Origin: Myxococcales bacterium
GTDB taxonomy: Bacteria > Myxococcota_A > Polyangia > Polyangiales > JADJMO01
DNA length: 64,000 nucleotides
Direction: 5' to 3'
Assembly: GCA_016709545.1 (NCBI GenBank)
Contig: JADJMO010000001.1
Coordinates: 68,372 to 132,371 of the forward strand
Part shown: positions 57,901 through 64,000 of the stretch, in pieces
Layout: every line of letters begins with the position of its first letter
Position numbering within the stretch: position 1 is the stretch's first letter
Position numbers and translations under genes: made by a program
The notes under the pieces: model-generated
Told to the model about the DNA's origin: nothing
The model's input: the letters and a program-made list of their open reading frames with translations, nothing else
Databases searched by the model: none

Positions 57901-58614
57901 TCAGGCGGCCGCGCGGCCGGAGTCGACCGCGGCGTCGTCGTCGCGGTGGTTGCGCTCGACCTCGTCGAGGAACTCGCCGTTGGCGTTGGTGAGATCGAGC
58001 TCGATGGCCTCGACCTTGCCGTTGAGCCAGTTGAAGAAGCCCACGGAGGGGATGGCGACGATGAGGCCGAAGGCGGTCTCGATGAGCGCCTCGGCGATGC
58101 CCGCGCTGACCGCGCCGAGGCCGGCCGAGCCGCTCGCGCCGATCTTGGCGAACGCGCCGAGGATGCCGAGCACCGTGCCGAGCAGCCCGACGAACGGGGC
58201 CAGCGAGCCGACCGAGGCGAGGAGCGACATGCCGCGGCGGAGCTCGAGGCTGATCACCTCGGCCCGGCGCGCCATCTCGCGCTTGGCGGCCTCGATGGGG
58301 CCCAGGTTGTCGTGGCCGGGGCTGATGGTGTGGTCGAGGTACTTGGCCGCGCCCGCGTGGACGAGGCGCGCGAGCGGGCTCGTCGGGTGCGCGGCGGCCA
58401 GCTTGGCGACGCCCTCGATGTCGTGCTTGGCGAGGACCGCGCGCACCTTCTCGGCGAACAGCTTCGACTCCGCGCTCGTGCGGGTGAGGAAGAGCAGCCG
58501 CTCGATGACCACGCCGATCGCCCCGAGCGCCATCAGCGCGAGGCAGCTCGCGACGACGCGCGAGAGAAACGGCATGTCCTTCCAGATGTGGACGAGATTC
58601 AGCTCCATCTTCAT
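57901..58614 (-). CDS. exbB: ExbB/TolQ/MotA family proton channel
   Basis: ORF 237 aa with 3 TM helices and LGTVLGILGAF. Confidence 0.85.
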   Translation of the reverse strand: MKMELNLVHIWKDMPFLSRVVASCLALMALGAIGVVIERLLFLTRTSAESKLFAEKVRAVLAKHDIEGVAKLAAAHPTSPLARLVHAGAAKYLDHTISPGHDNLGPIEAAKREMARRAEVISLELRRGMSLLASVGSLAPFVGLLGTVLGILGAFAKIGASGSAGLGAVSAGIAEALIETAFGLIVAIPSVGFFNWLNGKVEAIELDLTNANGEFLDEVERNHRDDDAAVDSGRAAA

Positions 58615-58627
58615 TGCTCCTGGCGAA

Positions 58628-59433
58628 TCACTGAGTCTTGATCGTGAACGGGATCTTCCGCACGATCGTGGTCTTGAACGCGGTGCCGTCTTCGTGCTTG
58701 GCGGGGGTGAACTTCCACTTCTTCACCGTCTCCAGCACCACGGCGTCGAACGTCGGGTCGCTCTTGACGATCTTCACGTCGGTGACGTCCCCGTTCTCGT
58801 CGATGGTGATGCGCACGGTCACCGCGCCGGTCGTGCCCGCGGCGCGTGCGGCCTCGGGGTAGGGCGGCTTCACGTAGCCGGTGAGCTTCGGCGGCACGTC
58901 CGTCTCCGAGACCAGCGTGGCCTTCGGGGGCGGCGGCGGCGGGGGTGGGGTCGTGGCCGTCGGCGGGGCGGGGGAGGTGGAGGCGTGGTCGCGATGGCGG
59001 CGGTGGCCGTTCCCGTGCCGCCGGCGGCGCCGCCCGGATCTCCCGAGTGCGAGCCCCCCGCGATGCCCTTGTCCTTGGAAGGGTCGGCCTCGTCGAGCTT
59101 GTCCTTGGGGATCTCCGTCGGCACCGGCGGCGGGGGCGGCGGCGGTTCGCTGCTCACCTTCACGCTCTCCGGCACGAGGACCGGCGCGGCCGCGGGGGGC
59201 TCGGGCTCCTTGGGCTTCTCGGGCTCCTTCTCCTCCGGGATCTCCTCGACGAACTTCACGTCGGTGAGGTCCTCGAGCTTGGGCGGAGGCGGCGCCTTGG
59301 CGTTCACCCGCTGGCCCACCGCTGCGATGCCCACGAGGATGCACGCGCCGGCGGCGACGCACTGGGAGAGCCGCAGCCGGTACGCCGCGTTCACCGTCTT
59401 TTCGACGAAGGCCTCGAATGCCACGGCGCGCAA
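58628..59433 (-). CDS. tonB: TonB-like energy transducer with an apparent -1 frameshift in a C4 run near 58966
   Basis: The N-terminus plus TM (CVAAGACILVGIAAVG) plus Pro-rich region is ORF 58870..59433. The TonB C-terminal domain (PYPEAARAAGTTGAVTVRITIDENGDVTDVKIV...) is ORF 58628..59362. Confidence 0.65.
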
Positions 59434-59609
59434 GAAACCACGACCAAGTGACGCGACCGCATCACGATTGCGACGATTGAGTGACCGCGCGGGCTCCGGG
59501 ACGGATCTCGCGCGCGGCTCACTCGTTCGTCACCCGCGCGTCACTTCCCACAGTGCGCCCCGACACCCATCGCGGGGACATACTGCCAACCACTGCCACG
59601 GTCGAGGTG

Positions 59610-60314
59610 TCAGTTGCTCTCGGGCTCGTCGGGCGTGCCGACGAACCGGTACCCGATGCCGCGCACGGTGCGGATGTAGCTCGCGGCGGCGCCCAGCTTC
59701 TCGCGGAGGCGCTTGACGTGGGTGTCGACCGTGCGGCTGTCGAGCCGCGCCGACAGCTGCCACACGTCGACCAGCAGCATGTCGCGGCTCTGGGTGCGGT
59801 TGCGCCGCTCGAGCAGGGTGGTGAGGAGCCGGAACTCGAGGGCGGTGAGGTGCACCTCTTGCTCCTCGACGAACACCCGGTGGGCGCCCCGGTCGACCCG
59901 CAGCACGCCGAACTCGATCTGGTCCTCGCGCATGGGCGGGGGCTCGGTGCGTCGCAGGATGCTGCGGACCCGCAGCACGAGCTCGCGCACGGCGAACGGC
60001 TTGACGAGGTAGTCGTCCGCGCCGAGCTCGAGGCCGACGATGCGATCGACCTCCTCGCTGCGCGCGGAGGCGATCAGCACGGGCAGGTCACGGAGGGGGC
60101 CCTGCGCCCGGATCCAACGGCAGACGTCGAGGCCGCTGCCGTCGGGCAGCATGAGGTCGAGGATGACGAGGTCGTAGCGACGGGCGCCGAGCTCGTGACG
60201 GGCGCCGGCCACGGTGTCGACGCGGGCCGTCTCGAAGCCGTCGGCCCGGAGGTTGTAGGACATCACGCTCGCGAGGTCCTGCTCGTCCTCCACGATGAGT
60301 ACGCGGGGAGCCAT
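59610..60314 (-). CDS. OmpR/PhoB-family response regulator (REC plus winged-helix)
   Basis: RVLIVEDEQDL...DLVILDLMLPDGSG...TVRGIGYRF. Confidence 0.85.
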   Translation of the reverse strand: MAPRVLIVEDEQDLASVMSYNLRADGFETARVDTVAGARHELGARRYDLVILDLMLPDGSGLDVCRWIRAQGPLRDLPVLIASARSEEVDRIVGLELGADDYLVKPFAVRELVLRVRSILRRTEPPPMREDQIEFGVLRVDRGAHRVFVEEQEVHLTALEFRLLTTLLERRNRTQSRDMLLVDVWQLSARLDSRTVDTHVKRLREKLGAAASYIRTVRGIGYRFVGTPDEPESN

Positions 60315-60584
60315 GAGGCGACCCTATGCGTACGCAGTGACGCAGGCGTGACGATGGCGCCAACTTCCCGCAAGAGGTGACAGGCAGGCCACGAAAGGAC
60401 GACACCATTCCGGTCACCTGAACGGCTGACCCTCGCGTTCCAGGCGGGCCCCTCGACGGCCAGGTCGACCCCGTGCTATGGGCCGCCCCGCACGCGAGGC
60501 GTGCTGAAGCGTCTGCACCCCTATTTCCAAGGGTGAGGCGGCCAACCCCTCGAGCTTTCGCCGGTCCATTTCCCGCGTTTCTCC

Positions 60585-60590
60585 AGGAGA
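60585..60590 (+). promoter_or_regulatory. Shine-Dalgarno AGGAGA for hppA
   Basis: ctccaggagagatttccctcATG. Confidence 0.45.
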
Positions 60591-60600
60591 GATTTCCCTC

Positions 60601-63135
<2,535 letters not shown>

Positions 63136-63172
63136 TCGGTCCCTGACTGCAGAGGGCGTCCGCGCCCGCACC

Positions 63173-63210
63173 AAGCCGGAATCACCCGATTCCGGCTTCG
63201 GTCTTTTTGT
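63173..63210 (+). terminator. Rho-independent terminator of hppA
   Basis: Perfect 10-bp stem aagccggaat/attccggctt with a 6-nt loop, followed by cggtcTTTTTgt. Confidence 0.65.
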
Positions 63211-63282
63211 GGCCTGCGCGCGACCCGCTGAACATGCGAGCGGTTGCCCGCCCAGCCCGTCCGGGGCAAAAGGCAGCCCTCC

Positions 63283-64000
63283 ATGGACAAGCTGGCCGTG
63301 GCCGTGGGCCTTCTCGGGCTCGCCGCGACCCTAGCGGTCCTCGTGCTGCATGCCGAGCGCTCGGCGTTCGAGCAGCGGCCGGTGGTCTTTCGTCGGCTCC
63401 GTGCGTCCACCTGGCGGGCCGCGGTGGCGCTCGGCCTGGCGACGGCCGGCTTCGTCGCGACCCGCCTCGCGCGCCACCCCGGGTCGCGGGCGCGGGTCCT
63501 CGCGCTCTTCGGGGCGATGGCCTTCGGGGTCGCGAGCGCGACCCTCGCCGACCTGGTCCGGGGCGAGCCCGCGACCGCTTCCCGCGCGACGCGGGCCCGT
63601 CTCGCCGTCGCGCTCGGCACCGTCGGTCGCGCAGTGGCGCTGCTGCTGGCGCTCGCGCTGGTGGCGCTCACCCTCGAGGGCGACGGCCTCGCGCGCCTGC
63701 CCGCGGTCCTCGCCGCGTTCGTGCTCGGCGCGGCGCTGGTCGCGGTGCTCGGCGTCACCCAGGCGCCGTTCGGCGCCGAGACGCTCGCGGCGACCGTGGT
63801 GTCCGCCGCGGTGGCCGCCAAGAACGAGGCCGCCCTGCGCGCCCTCGGGGTCGACCCGCTCGGCGTCGCCCTCTTGCCGGTCGTCGTGCAGGCGCTCGCG
63901 TCGCTGGCGGGCCTCGCCGTCGCGATGGCCATCACCGAGGGGCCCGACGACGAGCCCGGGGACGCGGAGTCGCGCGGCCTCGTCGTGACGTTGCTGCTGG
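63283..64000 (+). CDS. Hypothetical multi-pass membrane protein (partial; runs off the window end)
   Basis: ATG 63283, then MDKLAVAVGLLGLAATLAVLVLHAERS... with a run of hydrophobic helices and very high GC3. It is not in the track because it is edge-truncated. The antisense Ala/Arg-rich ORF 63093..63935 is rejected. Confidence 0.45.
   Translation, partial: MDKLAVAVGLLGLAATLAVLVLHAERSAFEQRPVVFRRLRASTWRAAVALGLATAGFVATRLARHPGSRARVLALFGAMAFGVASATLADLVRGEPATASRATRARLAVALGTVGRAVALLLALALVALTLEGDGLARLPAVLAAFVLGAALVAVLGVTQAPFGAETLAATVVSAAVAAKNEAALRALGVDPLGVALLPVVVQALASLAGLAVAMAITEGPDDEPGDAESRGLVVTLLL

Overview
This is a 64 kb window of very GC-rich (about 70%) chromosome with a Myxococcales-like gene repertoire. 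It carries many LxxC-lipobox lipoproteins, a Hanks-type Ser/Thr kinase, multi-PAS hybrid histidine kinases, PilZ-like domains and an Oar-like TonB system. About 50 protein genes are supportable from the sequence, and no rRNA, tRNA or CRISPR was found.

Genes, in order along the window:
- A partial dienelactone hydrolase and a stand-alone LigD polymerase-domain gene.
- Lgt, which carries a long KKDEPK-repeat tail.
- A SAM-dependent methyltransferase.
- Several lipoproteins.
- A tamB-tamA (AsmA-like/Omp85) pair.
- A DUF4091 glycoside-hydrolase-like lipoprotein.
- A single-ORF IS200-like (HuH Y1) transposase.
- Two adjacent hybrid two-component proteins.
- A four-gene operon (small gene, YqiJ/NfeD-like, flotillin/SPFH, giant protein). 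The giant protein is 1837 aa and has an AAA_5/MoxR-type ATPase domain.
- A metallophosphoesterase.
- A Ser/Thr kinase with an extracellular beta-helix-like domain.
- GNAT, a GH35 beta-galactosidase, YjbQ and a crotonase.
- A cluster of secreted and outer-membrane proteins.
- A tonB-exbB-exbD-exbD, Oar-like TonB-dependent receptor and lipoprotein operon.
- An orphan OmpR regulator, the H+-pyrophosphatase hppA with a clear intrinsic terminator, and a partial membrane protein.

Two things stand out. The first is the flotillin/NfeD plus giant AAA+ ATPase operon, which may be an undescribed membrane-associated machine. The second is that the Ser/Thr kinase ectodomain is paralogous to the lipoprotein at the end of the TonB/Oar operon. 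REP-like NotI/NcoI palindromes sit exactly at two stop codons, and an IS200-like transposase lies nearby. At least 12 apparent frameshifts fall almost all at homopolymer or GC-repeat runs, which looks like homopolymer indel sequencing errors rather than pseudogenes; the affected genes are annotated as single CDSs with that caveat. Coordinates I derived by counting along the sequence rather than taking from the ORF track may be off by one.
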